From Acidobacteriota bacterium (GTDB lineage Bacteria; Acidobacteriota; UBA890; WLXD01), in assembly GCA_963666055.2 (NCBI GenBank), contig CAXWPH010000011.1, forward strand, positions 32,001-96,000: 64,000 bases of DNA, written 5' to 3'. Made by a program: the position numbers and the translations under genes. Shown piece by piece: positions 1 to 10,491 of the stretch (position 1 is the stretch's first letter; each line of letters opens with the position of its first letter). The notes under the pieces are model-generated. The model ran no database searches and was not told where the DNA came from. It worked only from the letters and a program-made list of their open reading frames with translations.

Positions 1-152
1 ACGACCTTCGGTCGCGTGTAGAAGTGCACACCTTCTGGACCGTAGATCGAACACGCGCCGAACAGCGAGCTCTTCCAACCCCCGAACGAGTAATAGGCCA
101 TCGGTACGGGTATCGGCACGTTGATGCCCACCATGCCCACCTGAATCTCCTC
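1..152 (-). pseudogene. mmsA: C-terminal remnant of a high-GC methylmalonate-semialdehyde dehydrogenase (runs off the window edge)
   Basis: Minus-strand translation [50 protein letters not shown] is a typical MmsA/IolA C-terminus. No upstream coding continuity. Confidence 0.85.
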
Positions 153-318
153 CAGGTCGGCGAGAGGACCGTAGAAAGAGATACCCATGCAGCTGAGGGC
201 TCTACCGATCCGTCCTCACGTACCGCGCCACGTCAAACCTGCCGGTCGTATTGCTGCTGCAGCATATATGAAACGTCAACGAAACGAGATTACCTGACCA
301 ACGCCACATCTTAGGAGC

Positions 319-1902
319 TCAGTCGTTCGACCCAACATCGATGGTTCCGTCCCAGGTATTGACCTTGTCCGAGGCCATGTCTTCCGTAAACCAGGTAGTG
401 GTGACACACTTTAGTTCGGTAAAGAACCTTACACCGTCCTTTCCCATGGTATGTAAATCACCAAAGAATGATTTCTTCTGTCCAGTGAAACCAAAGATTC
501 CCAGAGGGACTGGAATACCAACGTTCACACCGACCATGCCACCATCAGTTCGTTTGGCAAACTCACGGGCGTAATAGCCGCTTTGAGTATAGATCGACGA
601 ACCATTGGCAAACTCACTGTTGTTCATAATGGCCAGGCCTTCTTCAAAGTCTTGGATGCGTTTTATGCAGATAACAGGCCCGAAGACTTCATCCCGCCCA
701 ACCGTCATATCTTCAGTCACGTGATCAAAGATGGTTGGTCCAACATAAAAGCCACTGTCATAACCCGGCACGTCAGGGTTGCGGCCATCAAGAACGAGTG
801 TAGCCCCTTCGTCAACACCCGTTTGAATCCAATCAGTGACGTACTTCAAATGGCCCTTGTTCACTACCGGTCCAAGGCCAGTGCTTCGTTCATAGGCCGG
901 TCCCAATGTCAATTCGGAGCAGAGTCGCACCAGAGATTCAACCAACCTGTCGGCAATACTCTCTTCAACACAAATAACCGGAAGCGCCATGCACCGTTGG
1001 CCGGCACACCCGCAGAACGCGTTGACAATTCCTCTAGCTGTCCTTTCCAGGACACAGTCTTTCAAGACCAGGGCGTGGTTCTTGGCTTCAGTCAGAGCTT
1101 GAACCCGTTTGCCATTGGCGGCGGCGGTCGAGTAAATATGCTGGCCGACTTTGGTTGAGCCAACAAAAGTAACACCAGCGATATCAGGATGCTCGAGTAG
1201 CAGTTCCGCTTCATTCCGGCTGGTGGTTACTATGTTCAAAACGCCTTTGGGGAGCCCGGCCTCATACCATAGTTCCGTGATTCGCATTGATGTTTGAGGA
1301 ACAAAACTAGCGGCTTTCAGTACGAAACAATTTCCCGCGGCGATACAAATCGGAGCCATCCAACCCTGGGGGATCATTGCGGGAAAATTCCAGGGGGCGA
1401 TTCCAGCAAAAACACCCACTGGATGATGATACATAGTCGTATCATAACCCGTGCTGCAATCCATCAGGGATTCCCCTTTCATGAGATGCGGCATACCACA
1501 GGCAAAGTCGACGACTTCAATTACTTTTAGGATGTCTCCCTTTGCCTCTTCCCAAGCCTTTCCCATTTCTCGGGCGAGAATCTCAGTCAACCCATCCAGA
1601 TGTTGTTCGAGTAGTGTCTTGAGTTTGAACAAGATCTGAACACGTCGGACCACAGGGGTATTAGACCATCCCGGATAAGCGGCCTTGGCTGCCGCGACTG
1701 CTGAGTTCACTTCTTCTGCTGTGCATTGTGGAGCCTGAGCAATGATCTCGCCCGTGGATGGGTTGTAGCAGTCCATATAAGTCTCGGTGCTGGATGTAAG
1801 CCACTCACCATTCACGCAATATTTTAGTTGCTTGGGTTGTTCTGCCAGTGATGTGAGGCTCTCACCGTCGGCGCAATACGTTGAAGTAGCTTGTTCTGAC
1901 AT
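319..1902 (-). CDS. mmsA: CoA-acylating (methyl)malonate-semialdehyde dehydrogenase, lower GC than its surroundings
   Basis: ALDH motifs PWNFP, FVGSTKVG, AKNH, catalytic GQRCMA, EVFGP, GMVGVNVGIPVP. GGAGG SD just upstream of the ATG. Confidence 0.92.
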   Translation of the reverse strand: MSEQATSTYCADGESLTSLAEQPKQLKYCVNGEWLTSSTETYMDCYNPSTGEIIAQAPQCTAEEVNSAVAAAKAAYPGWSNTPVVRRVQILFKLKTLLEQHLDGLTEILAREMGKAWEEAKGDILKVIEVVDFACGMPHLMKGESLMDCSTGYDTTMYHHPVGVFAGIAPWNFPAMIPQGWMAPICIAAGNCFVLKAASFVPQTSMRITELWYEAGLPKGVLNIVTTSRNEAELLLEHPDIAGVTFVGSTKVGQHIYSTAAANGKRVQALTEAKNHALVLKDCVLERTARGIVNAFCGCAGQRCMALPVICVEESIADRLVESLVRLCSELTLGPAYERSTGLGPVVNKGHLKYVTDWIQTGVDEGATLVLDGRNPDVPGYDSGFYVGPTIFDHVTEDMTVGRDEVFGPVICIKRIQDFEEGLAIMNNSEFANGSSIYTQSGYYAREFAKRTDGGMVGVNVGIPVPLGIFGFTGQKKSFFGDLHTMGKDGVRFFTELKCVTTTWFTEDMASDKVNTWDGTIDVGSND

Positions 1903-1927
1903 TATTAACCTCCAAGAGGACGGTATT

Positions 1928-2105
1928 TAGCAGGGTGCTGAAAAACTCTGATGGGTCTGGTGGGTGGGTCTTGCTGGCGAGATCAAGGAAGAGCGACGAG
2001 GGCGATGCCAGGGTCATCGTCGAGGAGCTCTAACGCTGAGATCGCCAGCAAGACCCACCCGCCCAACGGGTTACAGACCCACCAGAGTTCTTCAGCACCC
2101 TGCTA
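1928..2105. mobile_element. MITE (non-autonomous, IS5/IS1182-like ends)
   Basis: 32-bp terminal inverted repeats (1928-1959 and 2074-2105, 30/32 identical, TAGCAGGGTGCTGAA(A/G)AACTCTG...). Inner 19-bp perfect inverted repeat (1962-1980/2042-2060). TTAG/CTAG at the ends. No transposase. Confidence 0.8.
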
Positions 2106-2195
2106 GATGTAACCGGGCGGAAATTATAGCCGATCTCATAGTGTGGCCCAATCGAGTGCCGGGTTCCATGGCACTCCCAGACAGGGGTGGGTGAG

Positions 2196-2557
2196 TTTGA
2201 GCAGCTGCGAGATCCCGCACGCGAAGTCCACGGTTTCGAGCCCGGGTTGGATCTCTCCGCGCGCGTCCGGCTTGGTCTTGCCGTGCTCGCCGGCGATGAT
2301 CGCCGCGAGCTCGTCGGTGGCCTCATCGAGTAGGCTGCGGAAGCGGAACAGAATCCGTGTTCGGTTTGCGAGCGACGTGACGCGCCAGTCGGAGAATGCT
2401 GCGGCGGCTACTGACACGGCTCGGTCGACGTCCGCGGCACTCGCAAAGGCTACGCGGGCGCGTTCCTGCCCGGTGGCGGGGTTGAACACCGTGCCGGAGC
2501 GATCTGACTCCCCGCCCTGAAGTGAGCCGCCGATCCAGGTTCGATGCTCTCTGCCAT
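2196..2557 (-). pseudogene. mmsA: N-terminal remnant of a high-GC methylmalonate-semialdehyde dehydrogenase
   Basis: WIGG...VFNPATG...EHGKTKPDARGEIQPGLETVDFACGISQLLK, then abrupt loss of similarity. The SD+ATG at 2557 is out of frame with the body (frameshift near 2538). Confidence 0.85.
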
Positions 2558-2937
2558 GCTGATCTCCCTGAGAATGCCCGGCATCGACACGGCTGGCCCA
2601 AGCGGGCGCCGTTGCCGACACCTGCGTTCGAAAGTGTTGTTCTGTTGAGCTCGTTCAACAAATTCAAACTGCGAGTGTTCTCGAATTATCGATTCAGACG
2701 CGTTTGTTAGCAGTCATGTTGAGCATAGTGAAGCATGCTGACCGACGTAGCCTCCCGACGGCGCGAACTCCGCCTCAACTACAAGGTGTCGTAGCGCTCT
2801 TCGGCCCGAAGTGGAATCAGCAACGCCACGATCTCGTTGATCGAATCGGCCAGACTAAACCCATTATGGCCGCACTCTGCGATGATCTCCGCTACGTTGA
2901 CCGTATCCTCCCGCGCGCCAAATCAAGGAGACCCACC

Positions 2938-5900
2938 ATGCGTCGCGTTCTCGCAGTCGTTGCGGTGTTGCTGTTCTCATCCGCTGCCTGGTCGCAAGAG
3001 GGCAGGCAGGGGTACTACCGCTATCCGACGCTGCACGGCGACACGTTGGTGTTCGCTGCCGAAGGTGACCTGTGGAAGGTCGGCGCGACTGGCGGGCTGG
3101 CGCAGCGGCTGACTACTCACGCGGCGGAAGAGAGCCACCCGACGATCTCGCCGAACGGCCGCACGCTCGCCTATGGCGGCAACTACGAAGGCGTCACCGA
3201 GGTGTACACGATGGCGCTGGCGGGCGGGCTGCCGAAGCGGCAGACCTATGAGGCTGACGCCTCGATCCCCGTCGGTTGGACCCCGTCCGGCGAGCTCGTG
3301 TACACGACCGCTAGCTACTCCACGTTGCCGACGCGCCAGTTGGTCGAGCTCGACTTGGCCGCGAACAGGCGCACCGTCGTGCCGCTGGCTGATGCCAGCG
3401 AGGCCGCCTACGGCGACGATGGCGCAACCCTCTTCTTCGTTCGCCCGGGCTTCCACGGCAACGTGACCAAGCGCTACACGGGCGGAACGGCGCGCAACAT
3501 CTGGAAGTACGCGTCCGGTTCGGCCGAGGCTGAGCCGCTCACCGACGACTACGACGGCGAGAGCCACACGCCGATGTGGTGGAACGACCGCGTGTACTTC
3601 GTGACTCCACGCGACGGCACGATGAACATCTGGTCGATGAGCCCGTCGGGCGGCGATCTACAGCAGTACACGCAGCACAGTGGCTGGGACGTGAAGGAAG
3701 CGGCGCTCTCCGAAGGGCATATTGCCTACCAGGTCGGCGCCGACATCTGGACCTACGACATCGCCGCGGACTCGTATGCGCTGGTGCCGATCAGTCTCGC
3801 TTCCGACTTTGATCAGTTGCGTGAAAAGTGGGTCACCGAGCCGATGGACTACCTGAGCTCGGTCCACATTCACCCAGACGGTCAGAGCGTCGTGCTGACC
3901 TCGCGCGGTCGTGTGTTCGTGGCGCCTGCCGGTTCGGGTCGACTCGTTCGCGCCTCACATCGCGAAGGCGTGCGCTATCGCGACGTCGTGTTCATGCCCG
4001 ATGGCGACACCTTGCTCGGCCTCACGGACGCCAGCGGCGAACTCGAATTCGCCACCATCCCGGCTAACGGCGTTGGCGATGAGACGCCGATCACCGATGA
4101 CGGTGCGGTCCTGCGCTTCCAGGGCACGCCGTCGCCGGATGGCTCCTGGGTCGTATATGGCGACAACAGCAACGATCTGTGGCTGCTCGAGGTGGCCACC
4201 GGTCAGCAGCGGCTGGTGTCGACGAACCGCGAAGGGGTCCTCGACGTTGCCTGGTCACCGGACAGCGGTTGGCTAGCCTTTGCACAGGCCGCGATGAATA
4301 CCTACGCGCAGCTGTGGCTGTACGAAGTGGCAACCGAGGCGCGGACGGCGCTGACCTCGGACCGCGTCAACAGCGTCAGCCCGACCTTCAGCCCTGACGG
4401 CGATTGGTTGTACTTTCTGTCGGACCGCAACCTGCGCACATCGGTCGGCAGCCCGTGGGGGCCGCGTGCTCCCGAGCCGTACTTCGAGCGCACAATGAAG
4501 ATCTACCAGATCTCCATGCGGGCCGGCCGGCGCTCGCCGTTCACCGCAGCTGACGAAATCAGCCGCGCGCTCCGGGCGGCCGACGACGCGGCGGCGGCGG
4601 ACTCGTCAGACAGCGATGACGAGACTGAAGACTCGAGTGACAGCGGCATGTCCGTCGACCTCGGCAACATCGCACGGCGCGTCAAGGAAGTGCCGGTCGA
4701 GCCCGGCAACTACGCGGATCTGTCGGTAACCAAAGACGCCCTGTTCTGGCGGGCGCGCGAGTCCGGCAGCTCCCGCTGGCATCTGATGGGCATGACCATC
4801 GGCAATGACGATCCTGAGCCTGAGCAGGTTCTCGAGGGAATCGGCAGCTATGAGATGTCGGCCGACGGCAAGAAACTGATGGTGCGGCGTGGCAGCGATA
4901 TTTACGTCATCGATGCCAGGCCGAGTAGTGCGAGCAGCAGTCTTGCCGACCACCAGGTGGACCTCAGCGGGTGGACCTTCTCGATCGATGTCGCGGCGGA
5001 CTGGCGGCAGATCTTCATCGATGCGTGGCGTCTCGAACGCGACTATTTCTACGACCCGGGCATGCATGGGCTTGCCTGGGACGTGGTGTTGGAGAAATAC
5101 CTCGAGCTCGTCGGCCGCGTCACCACCCGCGCTGAGCTGAACCAGCTGATCGGCCGCGTAATCGGAGAACTGTCGGCGTTGCACACCAGCGTTCGTGGCG
5201 GCGACACTCGCGAGGGCGAGGGCGACGTCGCGGTCGCCAGCCTCGGCGCTCGCCTGGTCCGCGACCCCGACGCCGGGGGATACCGCATCGACCACATTTA
5301 CGAGGGTGACCCGGACTACCCGGACGAGCTGTCGCCCCTGGCGGATCCCGATCTGGGCATTGCCGACGGTGACGTCATCGAAGCGGTCAACGGCGTCGCC
5401 GCGCTGTCGGTAGGCCACATCGGCGCGTTGCTCCGAAACCAGCAGGGTCAGCAGGTGCTGCTGCGTGTGCGATCCGGAGGTGGCGGGGAGGGCCACGATG
5501 TCATCGTCGTGCCCGCCGCCAACGAGCTGAACCTACGCTACACCGACTGGGAAGTACTCGCGGCGGCTGGAGGTCGAAGACGCGGCCGCTGGCCAGATCG
5601 GCTACGTCCATCTGCGGGCTATGGGATCCAACGACATCAACGCCTGGTATCGGCAGTTCTACCCAGTTCACGATCGGCCGGGCTTGATCGTCGACGTGCG
5701 CCGCAACGGCGGCGGCAACATCGACAGCGTCATCCTCGAGAAGCTCATGCGACCGGCCTGGTTTTACTGGAAGAGTCGCGTCGGTCGGCCGACCTGGAAC
5801 ATGCAGTACGCCTTCCGCGGCCACATGGTGGTGCTGGTCGATGAGAACACCGCCTCGGACGGTGAGGCTTTTGCCGAGGGGTTCCGTCGCCTGGGTATGG

Positions 5901-6220
5901 GCCCGGTGATTGGCGCCCGCACCTGGGGCGGTGAGATCTGGCTCTCGTCGTCGAATCGTCTCAGCGACGGCGGCTTGGCCCAAGCCCCGATGAGCGGCGT
6001 GTACGGCCCCGAGGGCGAGTGGCTGATCGAGCAGTGGGGCGTGGTGCCCGACATAGAGGTGATCAACCTGCCGCACGCCACCTTCAACGGTGAGGATGCC
6101 CAGCTCGACACCGCCATCGAGTACCTGTTGCAGAAGATCGCCGAGGACCCACGCGCGATTCCGACACCGCCCGACTATCCGGATCTCCGGTTCGCGTACC
6201 CTCGCGATCAGCAGCAGTAG
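2938..6220 (+). pseudogene. Tricorn protease (S41 family), split by a 1-nt frameshift near 5552
   Basis: Signal peptide MRRVLAVVAVLL, YYRYPTLHGD, beta-propellers, C1 domain (IFIDAWRLERDYFYDP) and PDZ. The C-terminal frame carries DVRRNGGG, catalytic ASDGE and GARTWGG. The join reads YTDWE|YSRRLEVE if one base is removed; may be a sequencing error. Confidence 0.88.
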
Positions 6221-6224
6221 CTCG

Positions 6225-6239
6225 CTAGCAGGCCGTGGT
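6225..6239 (+). repeat. CTAG-anchored intergenic repeat, partial copy
   Basis: CTAGCAGGCCGTGGT, matching the other copies. Confidence 0.55.
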
Positions 6240-6309
6240 TTCCTCGAGAGCCTAGTCTTGATGACAACAGGGGCAGCGATGGAGTCCAGCCTCATCGAAA
6301 GGAACCAAC

Positions 6310-7125
6310 ATGCCAAACACCATTCTCATCACTGGCTCGAGCTCCGGCATCGGCAAGACAACGGCGAAGTATTTCCAGGAAGAGGGCTGGAACGTTGTTG
6401 CGACCATGCGAACGCCCGAAAAGGAGGCGGAGCTGTCTGGGCTCGAGAACGTCCTCGTAACCCGACTCGACGTTCAAGATCCGGATTCGATCGCCCGAGC
6501 CGTGCAGCTGGGTATCGAGACCTTCGGAAGAATTGACGTGCTACTGAACAACGCCGGCTACGGTGCCTTCGGAGTCCTCGAGGCCACACCAATGGAGAAG
6601 GTTCGGCATCAGTTCGACGTCAATGTCATCGGCCTTCTCGAAACGACCAAGGCGGTTGTGCCGCACTTTCGTGCCAACCGAAGTGGCACCATCATCAACG
6701 TCTCGTCTGTCGGCGGGAAGATTACCTTTCCACTTGGAAGCCTCTATCACGGAACGAAATTCGCGGTCGAAGGTCTCTCCGAGGCGTTGAGCTTCGAGAT
6801 GGGGCCTATTGGGGTCAAGGTAAAGATCGTAGAGCCGGGCGTGATCAAGACTGACTTCTCTGGTCGGTCTTTCGATTTCAGCAACGATGAGGCTCTCGAA
6901 GAGTACCAGGGCATTGTTGGCGCGCTCTTTGACTCCATGAGCCGGCTTACCGAGTCAGGTTCAGACGCTCGCGTGGTCGCCGAGGTCATCTATCGGGCTG
7001 CAACCGATGGCACGTCGCAGCTCCGCTACATTGCCGGTGAGGATGCAAAGCAGATGATCGCAAGTCGAAAATCCGCCGACGACGAGACCTTCATTGGCGG
7101 CATGAAGCAGCAATTTGGTCTTTGA
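6310..7125 (+). CDS. SDR family oxidoreductase
   Basis: TGSSSGIG, NNAGYG, YHGTK (YxxxK). Confidence 0.93.
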   Translation: MPNTILITGSSSGIGKTTAKYFQEEGWNVVATMRTPEKEAELSGLENVLVTRLDVQDPDSIARAVQLGIETFGRIDVLLNNAGYGAFGVLEATPMEKVRHQFDVNVIGLLETTKAVVPHFRANRSGTIINVSSVGGKITFPLGSLYHGTKFAVEGLSEALSFEMGPIGVKVKIVEPGVIKTDFSGRSFDFSNDEALEEYQGIVGALFDSMSRLTESGSDARVVAEVIYRAATDGTSQLRYIAGEDAKQMIASRKSADDETFIGGMKQQFGL

Positions 7126-7164
7126 CAGGCCGTGGTGAAAGTGTGGCGGGCCTGGTTACGGCGA
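7126..7164 (+). repeat. CTAG-family intergenic repeat copy
   Basis: CAGGCCGTGGTGAAAGTGTGGCGGGCCTGGTTACGGCGA, near-identical to the reverse complement of 42946-42988. Confidence 0.75.
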
Positions 7165-7227
7165 TAGGAGGGGGTTGCGCGCGTATGCTGCGTCGTTCCT
7201 CGTCAACGATGGGGACACGTGGCTGTA

Positions 7228-9794
7228 TCACCAGCATGCGGCGTCGGCGGGTAAGAGTACGTCGAGCATCGAGCCGAGCGGCGGCAGGCCGGTGCTCATG
7301 AGCGCTGGGTCAAGCCACGAAGGTGCCGGCTGTCCGATCGGCGCGCCGGGTGGCGTGGTTTGCTGACGAGCGCGGGAGTAGGCTGCAGCCGGGCGCGTCA
7401 GAAACCGGTCCATGTCGCGCTTCAGCAGAGCGAAATGCGCCTGGCTGGGTCCGATCATCTCGTCGGCTTGTCCGATCCGGGCCGCAATGCGCCTGCTCAT
7501 CGCGGTCAGCCGGGAGGTGGCGATCGCCCGCACCTGGGGCATGGGCGCGTTGGCTGCTAGCGACATCACCTGTTCGACGACGGCGCGCTGAACGGCGCGA
7601 ATGATCTCCTGCTCGTAGCCGTCGTCGCTGTCCATACTGAACACCGCCTGGAAGCTGCGATCGAGGACGTCGTCGAGACCCGGCAGCGAGCTGTCGAGGG
7701 CGTGCTGCTCGACCATCCGCGCGGCGCGAGCCGCGTCGAAGATATTTGCCGCCACGTGCTGAGCGGCCACCACCGCCGGTGTAATCGCGTCGAACGTCAT
7801 CCCTGTGTAGCGGGGAAACAGCTCGCGGTGGTGCCGGTAGCCCGGCGGCCTCGGCGGCAGCTGTGCGAGGACCGAGCGCGGCACGGCCAGCTCCGCGGGT
7901 TGCAGCGTTGCCAGCAGCGCTTCGAGTGCCGCCATCTGCTCGCTGCCCGGCACCGCCCCGGTGGCGTTGCCGTGGCCGTCGCCACGTAGCGCGTAGTGGG
8001 AGTTCGTACCGCCGATGGCGGAGGCGGTCGCTTCGACCTGATAGCGATGATGCAGGTACAGCGGCACCAGTGCTTCTTCGATCGTCGCCAGCGGCGCGCC
8101 GAGCCTGATGGCGTTGTCGCCGAAGCGATCGAGCGCGTGCCGGCGAACCGCCATCATCCGGTTGAGCTCAGCGGCCGGATCATCGCCGTTGGCCCATTGG
8201 TGCACGCGTCGAGGATGGCGCGGAGCTCCTCGGCCTCGTCGGCCCCAGGCGGGAAATCCTGGTAAGCGTACGTTACGGCGACCTTGTCCCAGTCGCCGAT
8301 CTTGTCGTCGTAGACGGCCGAATAGTCGAGCTCGCCGTCATCGGTGAGCTCGATCAGCGGATGCGGGTAATCCATCACCGAGATGCGCCCCAGGCTGCTG
8401 GCGTAGTAGTTGTGGCCGAAGCCAAGCGTGTGGCCGACCTCGTGCGCCGACAGCTGGCGCAATCGAGCAAGCGCCCACTCAGCCAACTCCGGAGGGGTCT
8501 CGGTGCCGTTCTCATAGGGCGACAGCAGGCCCTCTGCGATCAGGTAGTCCTGGCGTACGCGCAGCGACCCGAGCGTTACCCGACCTTTGATGATCTCGCC
8601 GGTGCGCGGGTCGCTGACCGATCCCCCGTAGCTCCAGCCGCGCGTCGAGCGATGCACCCACTGAATGATGTTGTAGCGCACGTCCATGTTGTCGGCGCCC
8701 TCGGGCAGCATCTCCACTTGGAAGGCATTGCGATAGCCGGCCGCCTCGTACGCTTGGTTCCACCAGCGTGCTCCATCCAGCAGTGCTGAGCGGATGGGCT
8801 CGGGGGTGCCCCGGTCCAGGTAGTAGACGATGGGCTCGACGGCGTCGGAGATCGCGGCGCTGGGGTCGACCTTCTGCAGCCGGTGGCGGTTGACGAACCG
8901 CTTGGTCAACGCCGTACCGAGCGGCACCGCGTAGTCCTCGTAGGTGAGCCCGAAGGCGCCGGATCGCGGGTCGAAGGCGCGTGGCTCGTAGCCATCATCC
9001 GGTAGCTCCACGAACTGGTGATGTGTTCGAACGGTGATCGCCTCGGTGCTCGGGGTCACCGCCGATAGCGAGCCTCGCCCGAAGCCACCGCCCGGCCCGG
9101 GCTGCGTGCCGAATCCGCCGAAACCTCCACGTCCACCGCCCTGAGTGGTGAATGTGAGGGTGGCGTTCATGATGATGTTCTTCGGGAAGGCCTTGGTGTG
9201 TTCCCTCGAGATAGCGCTGCGCGAGCTGTCGAGCTGATAATGGGCCGGCTGCAGGCTGACCGCCACACGGTGGGTGTCGCGCAACAGAAACTCGGTCATG
9301 TCGACCAACGCGCGGCCGTCGGTCTCGGCGGCGACCGTGAAGCCCCACAGCACCGACTGTGCGAACGCTTCCTGGACCGCCGCGTGCTCATCGGCGTTGT
9401 CGCTGTCGGCCCGGTATCTCAGGTTGGGCTGCAGCATCAGGATCTTGGGGCCGACGCGCTCGAACCTGACGAGATTACTGCCGCCGCCCTGTCCTCGATC
9501 GAGTCCGATGTCGTTGGAGCCCAGCCCCGCCGCCAGCCCGCGGACGTAGAGGACGTCTTGGTCGAACCTGGCGATCTCCATGTAGAGCGTGCCCGCGGCG
9601 GCATCCCAATAGAGTGGGAAGAGGCCGTCGAGCTTCTCCATCGTGGCGACCTTCTCCTCGATCGAGAGCGGTGAGTCGGAAGCAGCCGCGGTGGGATCGC
9701 CGGGCTGCTGGGCCATGGCAGGCGCTGCGGCGCTCATCAGCACGGCAAGCAGGCAAGCGATGCGGCGGGCGCCCAGCCATCGACATTCGATCAA
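7228..9794 (-). pseudogene. Secreted zinc-dependent metalloprotease (DUF5117/DUF4953, EcxA-like), broken near 8205
   Basis: HEVGHTLGFGHNY zinc motif, SVMDY Met-turn, DPRTGEIIKG. C-terminal PLYLHHRYQVEA lies in a different frame. Likely TTG start at 9794 with GGAGG SD. Confidence 0.85.
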
Positions 9795-10234
9795 GGTGAA
9801 CCTCCGGCGAAACGGGTCCCGAGGGCACCTGGCTACCGGCCGGCGGGGTCGGGCCAGGCGCTCGGGAAGGATGTCAGTGAGCGGAAGTCGCCAGTGTGCC
9901 AAGAGTGGCGCCAATCACCAAGTAGGGGCCGAGGTTGCCATGGAGAGCGCCGCGATGATGCCAGCAGGCCGGTGCTATTCAGCGGGCCCCGGGACGGTGA
10001 GATAGACCGACCCATATTCTCTTTATACGCTCCCGATGCGAAGAGGGCGCCCAGGGAATACAGGCGCCGATGTTCCAGTCTCCCTACCTCGCGAACAATC
10101 CGTCCGCGGCGGCGAGTCGGACAGGAGTCCGACCACTTGAACCTCGAGGATCCCATGATTCAGCTGGCGCTGTCTCTCGCAAGCGGGTGCGCCGCCTGAT
10201 GCGGCGGCGCCGACCCGGGTCTGCGCCGCTACAC

Positions 10235-10481
10235 CGGTCTCTACACTACGGTGGCCTGGGGGGAGGCGGCGGTGGTGATCTGGGGCGACCAGCTAGCGAC
10301 CGTTTCGCTTCCGACGGCGGACCCCATGGCGAGTCTCACCAAGCTCGAGAAGACGGCTGAGCATCGCTTTCGTCGGGTCCGTGACGATGGTGAGCTCGGA
10401 GAGGAGTGGGTCTTCGAGCTCGAGAACGACACCGTCGTCCGTATGTGGCGAAACAGCCAGTACTCCACCAAGGTGCGCTGA
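10235..10481 (+). pseudogene. Orphan C-terminal fragment resembling the tail of beta-lactamase-like serine hydrolases
   Basis: EAAVVIWGDQLATVSLPTADPMASLTKL...FRRVRDDGELGEEWVFE...MWRNSQYSTKVR. No catalytic domain or credible start. Confidence 0.5.
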
Positions 10482-10491
10482 CGTGGGTTTC

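Noticed and set aside
2643-2660. Palindrome TGTTGA-N6-TCAACA as an operator
   Set aside because: Single occurrence upstream of a pseudogene with no cognate regulator nearby; not enough support.
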